Positions 12,860-26,159 of a stretch of DNA of 64,000 nucleotides are shown one piece after another. Where the stretch lies: positions 56,854,001-56,918,000 of the forward strand of contig NC_043000.1 of NCBI RefSeq assembly GCF_006345805.1. The letters run 5' to 3'. The notes beneath the pieces are model-generated. The model saw only the letters and a list, made by a program, of their open reading frames with translations, was not told where the DNA came from and did not search any database. Source of the stretch: Octopus sinensis. Its lineage: Eukaryota. Made by a program: the position numbers and the translations under genes. Position 1 is the stretch's first letter; the number at the start of each line of letters is the position of its first letter.

Positions 12860-13672
12860 CAAGCCTCACGGAAGCAATGACTGATGACCAAGACTTTTGG
12901 TAATATGCCATGCTTGAGAAAACCCATCAAGTCAAGTGAAATCATAGTTGTGGTTATTGTTAGTGTCACATAACTGGTACCCATGCAGGTGGCACAAGAA
13001 AAGCACCTTTTGAGTGTTGGGTCTCACAGAGGCAATGTGGCTGATGCTGGTGTCACGTTGCTAGCACCCATGCCAGTGGCATGTAAAGAACACCTCTCGC
13101 ACGCTGGGCCTCACAGAGACAATGACAAATGACTGAGACCTTTGGCAATATGTCATGCTTGAGAAGAAGACCCATCAAGCCAAGTGAAATCATAGTCATG
13201 GCAGACACTGGGGTTATGCAACTAGCACCCATGCTGGTGGCATGTAAAAAGCACCCATTACACTCTCAATGGTTGGCATTAGGAAGGGTATCCAGCCATA
13301 GGAATCATTCCAAATCAGAATGGAGTCTGGCACAGCTCCACAGCTTACCAACCATGGTCAAGCAAAAAGGCAGCGAGCTGGTAGAATCATTAACGTGCTA
13401 GGCAAAATGCTTAGCAGTATTTCGTCTGCCATTACATTCTGAGTTCAAATTCCGCCAAGGTCGACTTTGCCTTTCATCCTTTCAGGGTCGATAAATTAAC
13501 TGCCAGTTACGCACTGAGGTCGATGTAATCAACTTAATCCCTTTGTTTGTCCTTGTTTGTCCCTTCTATGTTTAACCCCTTGTGGGCAATAATGAAGTAA
13601 GAACCTTGGTCAAACAATCCAACCCATGCCAGCATGGACAACAGATGTTAAATGATGAAGATGATGATGATA
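12860..13672 (+). mobile_element. RTE LINE 3' end with internally duplicated UTR units, interrupted by SINE B
   Basis: The ORF2 end (...GCTTGAGAAGAAGACCCATCAAGCCAAGTGA) occurs twice, followed by the GGAAGGGTATCCAGCC motif and an (ATG)n tail at 13651-13670. Confidence 0.8.
13369..13601 (+). mobile_element. SINE B, full length, with ~15-bp target site duplication
   Basis: Flanked by AACCATGGTCAAGCA (13350-13364) and AACCTTGGTCAAACA (13602-13616), inside the RTE UTR. Confidence 0.85.
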
Positions 13673-13869
13673 CCTTTCCTGTCACTTACCCTTAATTACT
13701 TTACAAGGGATTTTTTTTTCATTTCAGAGATCTTCCAAAGCAGAGAGAATGATTCTTATGTCAACACAAAATATAAAGAAGTCCTAGGATGTCGAAGTTT
13801 ATGCACTTTTACATACACATATACATATGTATATAACAGCCTTCCTTCAGGCTTCAGGTTCTTGTTTAA

Positions 13870-14095
13870 TGGGACTGGGTTCATTCCAAGTTCATGATCC
13901 CAGATGCATCATCATGCATAGAGTTGAATATGTCTACCAGTGCTCCCCATCGCTGGTGGCCCAATGGCAGACCTTCTACATCCATCAAGGTGACATCAAA
14001 CCTCTGGAGATCTTCCACCATCATGTCCAGCCATCTGGTATGGGGCCTGCCATGAGGCCTTTTCCAGCCCACAGCTGCTGCATCGAATGAGAGTA
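13870..14095 (-). pseudogene. RTE-clade reverse transcriptase C-terminal relic (second family)
   Basis: Translation GWKRPHGRPHTRWLDMMVEDLQRFDVTL...RWGALV matches the RTE C-terminal GRPR..W.D motif. Confidence 0.7.
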
Positions 14096-15015
14096 AAATC
14101 CTGATAGGAAAATTAGCCTTCCTACAATTTCTTTTTTGCCAAATTAACTCACAAGGTCTCTATAATAGAAGACACTTGCTCAAAGTACCAAACAGTAGGG
14201 CTGAACCTGAAACAATGTAGTTACAAACCCATACTTCTTAACAATACAAATTATCCAATCACCCATTCACTCCTTTTATTGATTTTACTAATCAAGGTTA
14301 CTTGGATTTCGATTTCACAATGTAATTCACCCAAACAAACAGTTTTATAACTCATGATGGTCTTTTAATGAGCATAGAATTTTTTGGTATCAATTGTAAT
14401 TATATGGCTGTAAGTGCATGCCATGGTCAATGCCCAATAAAGCAGAATTGCATCTAGCATTCTTACTGGTCACCACTAGGATGACTTCTGTCTGCCTCCA
14501 GTATATATTGAGTTTTTTAAACATGGTATATCCACAAGAGTTATTATCTCCAGATGAATACTGCAATGAATTTACTTTCCATGATGTATTTACTTTAAGT
14601 ATCATACAGAGGGCTACGTTAATCTAATATTGTTTCTGTTGCACATGACAGATTTTTATTCAAATTGGCAGCTATTCACAGCACCAGTGGTCATTTATTA
14701 TTCACTATTTTCCTATATCAGTGGCAACAAATTTCATTTGGACATATGGTTGGCAGTGAGTACATGCTATTGCCAATGCCCAGTGAAGCAGAGGTGCATT
14801 TAACATTCTCATCAACTACTGCTGGGGCAATTTCCATCTTCCCCCAATATATATTGTGTTGTAAACAAGGCACACCCCTAAGAGATATTATCTCCAGATG
14901 AATACTACAGTGATTTTGCTTTTCCTGATGAATTTACATTAACTATGATACCTAGATGTCTCATATTGACTTTAATTGTGTATAAGTAAGACACAGCTAC
15001 CTTCTTCATTTTCAG

Positions 15016-15063
15016 TTTGACTTTTTTAAGTATTAGATTTACCTATGCTGTTGTTAATCAGAG
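15016..15063 (+). CDS. Candidate internal exon 1 of an unidentified gene (48 nt, phase 2-2)
   Basis: Acceptor cttcttcattttcag, donor GAG|gtaagt. The phase-2 frame is open and reads LTFLSIRFTYAVVNQ. An alternative acceptor at 15036 keeps the same frame. Confidence 0.35.
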
Positions 15064-15538
15064 GTAAGTTTCAATCTGACTACACTAGTATTCCTGATTT
15101 CTTAAAGAAAAAGGCATAAAAAAATCAACAATTTAAAAAAAAAAATATTTGTTATACCTAATGAATATTTTATGATTGTTAATTAATTTAGCTTCCACAA
15201 ACTGTTAATCAATTTACCTGTGATTGAAATATTTTTACAAAAGCAATACTTACACATTTTCTAAATCAGACATTATATGTGGTGTGTGTGTGAGGGTGGG
15301 GGAGTGCATGCACACATGTGTTTGTGTGTATACAGACAGAGACAGACAGAAAGAGAAAGGGAGGAAGAGAGATACAAGTATGCATGCATGCGTGTGTGTG
15401 TGTATAACTGGCACTCTGTCAGTTACAACAACAAGGGTTTCAGTTGATCCAATTACTGGAACAGCCTGCACGTGAAATTAACGTGCAAGTGGCTAAGCAC
15501 TCTACAGACATGCACACTCTTAATGTAGTTCTCAAGGA

Positions 15539-15803
15539 TAGATAATAGATATATGTTCCTTCTCAAGCCATGCCAGGCTCATAAGGGCCGGTTTCCCAGT
15601 TTCAGTGGTGTAGAAATTCCCCACCTGGACGGGACGCCGGTCCATCGCAGGATTACTCATTTTTGCCAGCTGAGTGAACTGGAGCAACGTGAAATGAAGT
15701 GTTTTGCCCAAGAACACAATGCATCACCCGGTCCAGGAATCGAAACCACAACCTTACGATCATGAGATCAACACCCTAACCACTAAGCCATGCACCTCCA
15801 CTC
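15539..15803 (-). mobile_element. tRNA/CORE/V-like SINE (family C1) with 13-bp TSD, nested in an older SINE
   Basis: TAGTTCTCAAGGA is duplicated at 15526-15538 and 15804-15816. The minus strand shows a TGGCTTAGTGG A box, a GTTTCGATTCC B box, a CORE-like GGGCAAAACACTTCATTTCACG and a V-like CTGCGATGGACCGGCGTCCCGTCCAGG. Confidence 0.85.
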
Positions 15804-16290
15804 TAGTTCTCAAGGAGATACAGCATGACAGAATGTTTACAAGGCTGGCTCTTTGAAATACAGGTACTACTCATTTTTGCCAGCTGAGTGGACTGGAGCA
15901 ATGTAAAATCAAGTGTCTTACTCAAAGACACAACACACCATCTGGAATCAAAATCACAACCTTTTGATTGGCAGCTGATTACCCTAACCACATATATATA
16001 AACATACACACATATACAATACATAGACAGGTAGATAATTATTAGCATATGAATTATGAAATCAGATCTGATTCCTTCAATTTGTTATACAATATTCAAT
16101 TTTTTTTATTTGCATTTATTCTTATATTCCTTTTATTCTTTTACTGCATTTTTTTTTCAGTCAGTGGACTGCAGCCATACAGGGACATTGCCAACAAAGA
16201 AGTTTGTCAAATATATTAACTCACCAGTACTTCTTTAAGCATGCTGCAAGTTTTATCGTTCCTGAAGTTATGTTGTTGTTTTACCTAAAG

Positions 16291-16320
16291 AGATGCAAAT
16301 CAACGCACTGGCTCCTACCA
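16291..16320 (+). CDS. Candidate micro-exon 2 (30 nt, phase 2-2)
   Basis: Acceptor gttgttgttttacctaaag, donor CCA|gtgagt. Reads DANQRTGSY in the frame set by the neighbouring exons. Confidence 0.3.
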
Positions 16321-17361
16321 GTGAGTATAAACCTACCTCAAAAGAGCGTCACACAGGGGGATCAAACTGAAAGCCACATGCTTGACAAGCAAGTTGTTCC
16401 ACATAACATTTTTAAAAGCTTCCTATATTTCATATAAATGTTAGTATATTTGGAAATTAAATAATAAATATTTATGCAAAACACAGAAAATCTGAGATAA
16501 ATTTAACATAGGGATACGTACAATTTGAAATATAAGCCTCACTGTGAAAACATAAACAAAGGTAAACATATTTTTGGAATTATCTTTATATTTTTCACTT
16601 AGTGGCCATCCATCAGAAGATATGTACTCTGATTTTCTGTCTGTGAAACATGTAAAAGCAATTCTAATATTTTTCCTTATATGAAGAGAATAACAAAATA
16701 CATTTGCATTTGTTTGCGTTTTTATACTGTGGTTTATCATTTAAATGTAGGTACCCCTACCTCAAATTAATCTCAAATATTTTATAATGTTCCCAAATTT
16801 CATGTTCTTTTTATTACATTTTAAATATTCACATAATTCATTTTTTTTTCTTTTATATTTTAGAACAGTCCCATAATTCTTGTTTTATATTTAGAAATAT
16901 TTTAAATCATTACAAAATATCAAAATATCTACAATCTCATATTTTTTTTGTTATATTTTAAAATATTCTCATATTGAATGTTATATATGTTATGTTACAA
17001 TTTAAAATATTCCCATACTTCATAATTTTATTATGTTTTATGCTTTCCATATTTCATGCTTGTATTTTGATAATATACTTTAAAATATTCTCATAGTTTT
17101 TTTTTAATGTTCTTGTATTTTTTCATGTTATAACGTGAATACAATATAATGTATGTTTGATATATTAATAAATTTAGCACGTTTAATATATTTAAGATAC
17201 ATAGTAAAATTAATATATTGTTATCTAAAGAAGATATATTCAAAAGGATATCTAGTTAAGAAATGTTATCATTATTTATTACACAGCATTTTATCTAGTA
17301 ACCTAACTGGAAATTTATTTCAACAGTGGTTATGTGAGGAATATAGATTCTTTGTTAACAG

Positions 17362-17430
17362 CTATAGTGAGATTGTTGATAAAGATTTGGGAGATGTAAC
17401 CAAACTGAACTACACCAGAGTTGGTATAAT
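17362..17430 (+). CDS. Candidate internal exon 3 (69 nt, phase 2-2)
   Basis: Acceptor ttctttgttaacag, donor AAT|gtaagt. The only open frame reads YSEIVDKDLGDVTKLNYTRVGI. Confidence 0.4.
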
Positions 17431-17680
17431 GTAAGTTAAGGACAGAAAGAACTCCATCAATGCAATGAGGTAAATGTGACAGTAAACTCTTAATCCAAAA
17501 AGGCTAGTGGGCTTCCATTCAAGTCAGAGCCAAGATATCATGAGCAACAACATGCTTTCGCCAAAATTAACAAGAGGCAGAAATCAATGTTGAGTGGTGA
17601 CATAACAGAGTAAGTTTTTCAGTAGAACTAGCTCCATCAAAAACTACACTTCATGTTCACTGAGAATGAGAAAACATTAA

Positions 17681-17905
17681 CCTTTTTTATACCAGTCTGC
17701 CTGAGAGCACCCCTCATTCTATGACACAAACTTCTCATTTTAAAGGGATCTAAGTTAAAACATCCCATCAAAATTTATGTTAATATATGCTCCACTCATC
17801 AGCTTAATAGTCACAAAGTTATTTCAGTAAATTCTCCATGATTTTCAAAATTTATTGAAACAAAAGCATTTTAGTTTTTTTAACAGAAATTTGGTGACAA
17901 AAGGG
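17681..17905. mobile_element. TTAA-flanked non-autonomous piggyBac-like MITE (family 1)
   Basis: TTAA|CCTTTTTTATACC ... GGTGACAAAAGGG|TTAA. Homologous to 51442-51666 and to partial copies at ~3430-3630 and ~20355-20735. Confidence 0.75.
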
Positions 17906-18012
17906 TTAATAGTGATAAAAAACAGTAACCATTTACAAGTGCTTCCACCAATGGTTTAAGATATTGGAAGTGTAGAAAATTGATTAACAGAATTAGACAG
18001 GATACAGAAAAG

Positions 18013-18241
18013 TGGCAAGCTGGCAGAAATGTTAGCACGCTGGGTGAAATGCTTAGCAGTATATCGTCTGCCATTACGTACTGAGTTCAAATTCCGCCGG
18101 GATCGACTTTGCCTTTCATCCTTTCATGGTCAATAAATTAATACTAATTATGCACTGGGGTTGATGTAATTGACTTAATCCCTTTGTCCTTGTTTTCCCC
18201 CTCTATGTTTAGCCCCTTGTGGGCAATGAAGAAATAAGAAT
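18013..18241 (+). mobile_element. SINE B
   Basis: Full head, core and GCCCCTTGTGGG...AAGAAATA tail. Confidence 0.85.
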
Positions 18242-19976
18242 CAGACAGGATACACTTCTTGAGAAGAGTATATATTGATGTATGCATCCATCGAACATTG
18301 GCTAGGATGCTGTGCAGTATTTGTTCTAGCTCTGTGTAGTCTGAGTTCAAATTCTGCTGTTGCCTACATAGATGGTAGACTTAATCTGTTACTCAGTTTA
18401 ACATTACTACAAGGTCCTTGGGTGGCTTTAGCAAATCCCACTTTATTGCAAGCTTTAGGGTCAAGTCTCTAACTTGAAGATAACTTCCTCCTTCCCTTCT
18501 TCCTAATAATCACAAAAGCCATATCAAGGCTTACAGGTAGTATTCATTCTAACTTGTGCATGCAAAAACATTTTACAACTGGTACACAAAGCAAAAAAAA
18601 TTCTATGCACACAAGGTTTTCAAGATGAATTCATATTTTTTAGCCATGATTGACAGAGGACTGAGATATGTGGTGTATTGCTGTACTCAAGAAGACTTGC
18701 TCATTACAACAGAATTGAGATCTTAAAACCAAGGCATCACATAAAAAACGTTGGTGTGGGTGCTTGCATCACATAAAAGCACCAGGTTGGACCTCTTGAC
18801 AGGAACTGACAAAGACTGAGGCCACACCAGATTCCATTGTCCATTTTGGCTTGGTTTCTATAACTCAATGCCATTCCTAAAGCCTACCACTTTACAGAGT
18901 GTAGTAGGTGCTTTTTAAGTAGCACCAGCACCAGTTCTTTTTACACAGAACCAGCCATTTATGTGGCAGCAGCACCATAAAAAACACTGGTGCTAGAATA
19001 TTGTAAATATGGCATATATAACAAAAGAAACACAGAAGTCTTTATAATATTATTTATATTAAATTTAAAATCTCTGTCCCAAAAATAGGATATTGACCAA
19101 TAATGGGTTAATCACACAGCCAAACCTGAACCTCAAAGCCATGTCAAGAAAAACATAAGAATGATAGGATATTATTTAAGGGATTTGGTTTCTATTTCCA
19201 GCTGGACAAGTAACAGCATAAAGTCTCCCTCATTGATTCATCTGCAAAGTTAATAGATATCCTCTAGGTGATCAGCAAAGTAATGATAAACCACAAATAG
19301 AAAAACATATAACAGAGACTTAACACACAAGTGGTGGTGATTTAGTCAGGTAATTACTGGAGCTATTAACAACGAAGGAAGTGACATGAACTACTTTTAA
19401 ATTTTGTTATGTTAACTCTTCTGCACACCTCATTATATCAGAAAAGCTAACTTCATTTCCTTTCTTTATTTCATTTCTTTATATAATTTAACTTTCTTAA
19501 CAGACAGAAATTTACCAATCAATAATATGTTGATATAGTTAAATGTCTGGATAGTTAAATGGTTGAGCAAATCAGGGACCTGACTGTGGACATGAAGAGT
19601 TCTAATCCTAAAGAAGAAGTAGCTAATGCTTAGTAGTTGCCCATAAGAGCAGTACCTTGGACATAAGCATGCAAGAATGTAAACCAATAAGAGAGCTTAT
19701 ATTTGTTTTTCTCAATTTGCTAGAAATAACAACTAAATTTCCCTCAAACTACATACAACTATTTTTAAAAAGGGAAGCATAGTGTATCTAGAATTATATT
19801 ATTCTATGCCTGAAATTTAATGTGGATGGCCATGTCTGGAATGTATTTGATCAAAGGTCTGCTTATTCAGGATTAACTTATGGTTAAACAAAAACAATAT
19901 TTCAGAATGTTTGGCATATTCATTCAAATTGAACCCTGCATTGTTTGATTAATATGTTATTGTTATTATTTATTGT

Positions 19977-20220
19977 GGAGGTGCGTGGCTTAGAGGTTAG
20001 GGTGTCAGCATCATGATCATAAGATTGTGGTTTTGATTCCTGAACAGGGCAACGCGTTGTATTCTTGAGCAAAACACTTCATTTCACGTATCTCCAGTTC
20101 ACTCAGCTGGCAAAAATGAGTAACGCTGCGATGGACTGGCGTCCCATCAGCTAGGGAACACATACGCCATAGAAACCAGGAAACCGGGCCCATGAGCCTG
20201 GCTAGACTTTAAAAGGGCGC
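19977..20220 (+). mobile_element. SINE C1-related copy
   Basis: GGAGGTGCGTGGCTTAGAGGTTAG head, TTGAGCAAAACACTTCATTTCACG core and CTGCGATGGACTGGCGTCCC segment. Confidence 0.8.
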
Positions 20221-22387
20221 ATTTATTTATTTATTATTTATTAGCCTTCATCTCAACCCTGATCAGGCAAACCTTCTAAGCAGTTGGAGATTTGACTGCT
20301 ATTGCTAACATGTCAAACAACCACACAGGGGATTCTTGTTGGCTCAGATTGATATTTCAACTCTTTCAGTGTTAAACTATCTGAGACTACCCCTAGTTCT
20401 ATGATAATTGTTTTAAACTGATTTTATTTATAACCACCCACCAAAATTTCCTGTTAATTTATATTCCAAACTCTAACATGTTGGACAAAAGGCTTAGCAG
20501 CATTTCTTCTGACTATGTTCTGAGTTCAAGTTCTGCTGCAGTCAACTTTGCCTTTCATCCTTTCAAAGTAAGTAGATAAGTACCAGCTGAGCATTGGGGG
20601 TTAATGTAATCAACTAACTCGCTTCCTTCAAAATACAAATTGCAGACCTTATACCAAAATTTGAAATCAGTATTTTCAGAATTAATTGGAACAAAAGTAG
20701 TCTATTTCAACAGAAATATGGTAAGAAAAAGGGATAGGCTATGGGCCATTATATTGTATGGCAACTAGGCCTATTTCAACTTTTAAGGTATGCCAATTTA
20801 AAACACAAAGGTCTTAATTTTTTGAAGAAATTAAAATCTGTGTTTTGAGTTGGGAAAGATCTTGCTGCTACACAACACTGAAAAATGAGCAGGTTGAACG
20901 ATTATATAGACACTTTGTTGGTGATTTGAGCAAAATCTACTTGTTTGGTTAGTATGTAATGATGGTAGAGTATTAGAGCACAGCAATAATCGGCCAAGTG
21001 GAACCGAAATGAACACTTTGAAAAGAAATATTACCACAAAATACACAGAAGTGTTTGTTTTGTTCTTTGCTTCTTTATGTACTGTTGTGGGGTTTTTTTT
21101 GTTTTGTTTTTTCAGTCGGATTGAAATAAATAGTAAAAGAAGAAAATGATGGGAAGGAAGGAAGGAAGGAAGGAAAGAATATGGTTGGTAAGTCAGCAAA
21201 GTAAAGATAAACAATATAAAAGAATAACACAAAAAAAAAGAAAATTATTACAAAGACTTAACACATAAGTCATTGTGATTTAGTCTGGTAATTACTAGCG
21301 CTATTAACAATGAAGAAAGTGGTAAGAACTACACTCAAAGTTTGTATATTAACTCTTCTGCACACAGAGTTGTTATATCAAGAAAAGCTAGCTTAACTTT
21401 CTTCGTTTCTTTATGTATATATTCAGTTACTTTTTTATTTTATTTTTTTTATTTTCTTCTTTCCAGCCAGAACTTTTTCAGTAATATGTTATTACATATA
21501 AATATTCTAGATTTCAGACAATGAGGTGCACTGGTTGAACAACTGAGATACTTGACTATAGACATAAAAATAATGAGTTCTAACCCTACTTCAGCCACTG
21601 ATTAAATATATTGCAATTCTTGCATCAATTTATCATCAAGTATATGTTCATATTTTAACCTATATCTACCTGCTCAAGGAGAAACCACTTCCAGCCACCT
21701 TCAATAGGCCATCTTAATACCACACTTTTCAGTTGCAGCTCAAGCCAGAATTTTAGTGGTAAACTGGACTGAGCACTCATAATACAACCTATTATGTATG
21801 TATGTAAAAGGTTATAATCCAAGTTGTATCCTTGTGAAGTACATCAGCATGTTCACATTAATCAACTGTATATATAAAGATGTTTTATTTCAGATGAGAT
21901 ATACACAGCAATTGAAATTTTTAGTGAATTCTATTTGCTGAGTAATTCTATTTTTAATTCTATGTTACATGTGTCTTATTACAAGACAGGATTCACTCCT
22001 TATCTGTGAGTATATAAACATATATAAATACTGTTTATGTCATAAGGATTCGGAAACTTCAAGAGAACATGAAATAATTTGTTTTTACCAGTGGAACTTG
22101 AAGCAGATAGAAAAAGGTCGAAGGCTGCCTTTGAATTTTTCAGTCCAAAAGGGGTTTTAACCCAATATTTACATGTGTTTTATAGCTTTATCTACTTTGA
22201 GTTCTACCAGTAAAAATGAATTATTTCATATACATATATATACACATGTGCACATGAGTATGTAAGTAAAACCTAGTTACACATTAGTGTACACAAATAG
22301 GTGAAATGGTAAAGTAAAGTGGGCTAATTTTTATTCAGGTTGTTTTTTCACACATCACTATTGGCAAAAGCAACAATGCAAAACTCA

Positions 22388-22424
<37 letters not shown>

Positions 22425-23338
22425 AGGAAAGCATCTTGCCAAAAGCTATATAAAGCCAATATTATAGTCCAATGAAGGCTAGCAGACCAAAACTTTGAAC
22501 TCGCTGTTGCCCTACTTTTTATAAAAGTTTTATATATCTGTGTGGGGTGGGCTATGCATGTGTGTATGTACATACGTATGTATATGTGTGTATATCTTGT
22601 CATTCATGAAAGGTCACATTTCAGGAGACCAATACAGAATGCTTATATGAAATATGCATACATATGAACTTCAACAGCCCCACCAGAGTACTGCAGGCCT
22701 TAATGCCCAAAAGTATGCTGCTTATTGCCAGGATGAAAATCCATTTTAGATGAATGCACAATGGTGGAGTAACTGTTGATGAGATTCTAAACAAAATTTT
22801 TCTCTACATTTGTCATAAAAAAAAAGAAATTAAAACTGAGTCAGGTCTAGGCAGTCAACTGGCAGGCCCATGACAAAGTAATTAAGCTCAAAATCAAGTT
22901 GAGGACCACCATATATATATGTGTGTGAGAAGCTGTGATAAACAAAAGTTCATGTCATTTGTTCCTATATACATTTCACAATTGTGGTTGTTTAAAACCT
23001 TACATGGGATGTCCAAGTGCACCTTTTGTTTCTATTCTCCTGTGACAACGTGCCCAGTCATAAGAAAATATTACTTCTCTTAGAAACAGGTGAGGTTTGG
23101 CAACAGGAAGGATATCCAGCCACAGAAAATTACCTCAAGAAATTCTATCCAATTGTGCAAGGTTGGAAAAGTGGATGTTAAAAATGATGATGATGATGAT
23201 GATGATGATGATAACTATGACAATGATGATATCAACATCATGATGATGACGATGATGACAATGATGATGATGATGATAAAAATTACAACCAAAAGCTTAT
23301 TATAGGAAAAGAAATTTACAAAATGTAACGAGATCCAA

Positions 23339-23787
23339 GCACTGCAGCTGACAGTAAAATCCCTGGATTTAAATCCAATAGAAATCATATGGAAACAGTT
23401 CAAAATAAATATTCAATGAAAGAAATCCATGAAATTGGAGGAATTGAATTATATAGCTTTAAAAAAAAAACCATAGAAATTCCAGATAATATGATCATCA
23501 AATTTATAGATTCAATGCTTTATAGGTGTGATTCCATTTTCAGAAATTTGAATACCAACCAAGAATTAATGCCATTAGATTTATTCTTCTCAACTGCTAA
23601 TGCACACATTTCATTTTGTTGGAAAAAATATTATGATATAAACGTTCTTGAATTAAGTGATGTTCATTAATACTGTCAACAACTGCATTATTCTAATTCA
23701 ATTTTTTTTTCTAAATTTACACCATTTAATTGAGTAATAAATTTTCTTTCTGCTCATATATAGTTTGATTTGTAAGTGACACCACTG
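23339..23787 (+). pseudogene. Tc1 transposase C-terminal relic and right end
   Basis: KSLDLNPIEIIW (consensus SPDLNPIEN.W) is followed by IPDNMIIKFIDSMLYRCDSI (consensus IP.E.I.KLI.SMPRRC.AV). A Tc1-like end ...CACTG|TA lies at 23787. Confidence 0.7.
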
Positions 23788-24904
23788 TATGTGTGTATGT
23801 GCAGATATTTTATGCACATCAATACAAACAGACACACATACTCCAGATATGTACATATAAATTAGTTATATTACATTATTGTTATCTGAAATGCAATATA
23901 AGGACAAGAAAAACTGAAATCATTTAAAATCAACACTACTTCAATATGTTATATGATTTATCTGATATTCAGTGAGATAACGTAATTGTAGACTTAATAC
24001 TGACTTCTCCCTGAATTAGGGAAAAAAATGGACAAAAATAATTGAAAAGCCATTCATGATTCGAGTTGAAGTGTTTCAAAGAGTTTCCCACCCACACATA
24101 TTCCATTTGGAATATAAAATATTCTAATGAAAGACAGTTTACTAAAGACTTGAGAAAGATCATGAAGTTTTTTTTGTTTGTTTTTTTTTCTTTTTCAAAA
24201 ACGTTTATTATCAATGCCAAATCTTTTATCGCAAAAAAAAAATAGAACCATTGATTACTGCAAGAAAACAGTTGAAAGTAAACCATGTGTTGAAGATGTT
24301 TTGAAAAGCTGTAAATTAGATATCTAAAAATATGATCTGAATGACAATGTGCAAGATACACAAGTTGGCTCAGATTCATTTCGGAAGTGATAAAAACCCC
24401 GCCTGCTCAACTCCATCAATCTTTATTTTTACTTGTTTTTTTTTCTTTCTTTTGTGTCTTTTTTTTTTGTCTTGAATCACATTTTCTATTGGTTATTTCT
24501 TATTTTTGATGGGTTTTATTGGGTATTTTCTTTCAAAAATGAATATTTCCTACAACAATAGACATATTGAAATATTGTTATATTATGGCATTATCATCCC
24601 CATTGTCACAATACCAAAAGATTGAGTCATTGGTTTTGCTTGAGCTACAATCCTCGCAATAATGCATACTGTATGGTTTGGGGGTTTTTTTGTTTTTTTT
24701 CTTAAATATCAGAATAAGAAGAAGACACAACAAAAAGAGAGTTGTCAACCATTGCAACTAAACAATCATATTATTTTATTTCAGTTTTTTGATTAGTTGC
24801 TTTTTAAATTTTCAGGTGGGCAGGTTGATGATGTCACAGGTTGGACAGTTCTTCAATAAAATATCTGAGACTCAAACTCTTATCTTTTTATTGGATGAGG
24901 ACTA

Positions 24905-25135
24905 AACATCCATCCATCTCTGCTCACAGTTCCTGGGAGGATTATTGGAGTAAAGTCCTCAAGCATGTCTACCATGGGGTCCTATCAGAAGCAGCCATCA
25001 TTACAATTTCCAGCTGGATTCCTAAGCATGACCAACTAAGACTACAGATATTATCCAACCACATCATTCTTGGTTTACCACACGGTCACCTGTATTACAA
25101 TTCTTTCTCATGACATTCTAATCATGTCAATAGTA
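24905..25135 (-). pseudogene. RTE-clade 3' relic (third family)
   Basis: Minus strand translates GKPRMMWLDNICSLSWSCLGI...ASDRTPW. Homologous to 50770-51060. Confidence 0.65.
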
Positions 25136-26084
25136 ACTAAAACTGTGACCTCTCAATGCAGAGAAGACACCATTCTCATTCCATGGTTATATCATTACAA
25201 TCAACTTCTGAACAATTTTTACCAATGACCATCAACAGTCAAGCCAAACAAAACCACTTTTTGGTCACTCAGCCACCTAGAAAAAATACCCAAATTTTTT
25301 TTTTAATCACGCTCAACAGTCTCCGCAAAAAAAAAAGGACATGTTAACTGATGTAGTTTAGATACAATATCTCATACACCTGCAATATCTTTAATTATAC
25401 TTCAACAAGGTGTTACACATAGAGTTATAAACAACTAATACCAGTGTTGGTCATAAGCATCATCATCACAATCATCACCAATCTCATCAGCATCATAGTT
25501 GTTGCCATCATCATAACCATTTTTGCATATATTTTTTATGTTAGCAAGAGCTGGACAGATCACATATATCCATGTCAGTTCTTATTCATAGTTGCTACTC
25601 TCCTATACTGCTAAATATAGGGACTTACACCTAACTGCGCAAGATAGATATATAGATAGATAGATAGATAAATGGGCAAGGGGACACACACACACACACA
25701 CACACATGTGAAGCACTTTGTTATGTTCAACATTAGTTTATATGATATATAATATTAATATATTAACCTTTCCTGATATGCAATGTAATCAACTAATTAT
25801 CTTTGAGAGATAAACATTTCATAGTTAAAAACAAAAGCAGAACAAAAAAAAACTAGATTTAAGTACCTAATTTGAGATAATAGATTTTTAGGATCTATGT
25901 CATGCAAATGGTAAAGCATTCAGTTAGATAAATACATGGTTTGGATCAGTGAGTCTGATTCTCTTTCTGTTATGTCGGTGCTTGTAATATTTCATATCAC
26001 TTTACATTGAAAAAATTTAACAGTTAACTATTTATGTGTGTGTGTGTGTACGTGTGTGTGTGTGTGTGTGTGTGTATGTGAGTA

Positions 26085-26135
<51 letters not shown>

Positions 26136-26159
26136 CAGAAAATAAAGGAATTCTTGTTC

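Noticed and set aside
20828-22210. Further plus-strand exon-like segments (20828/20850-20951, 21894-22005, 22092 onward)
   Set aside because: Phases do not chain consistently with 17430 or with each other, several splice sites are weak, and the peptides are not recognisable.
23990-24400. Possible L1/Tx1 3'-end relic (FIINAKSFIAKKK) and the 136-aa minus ORF
   Set aside because: The similarity is too short and fragmentary to call, and the minus ORF is AT-rich with no motif.
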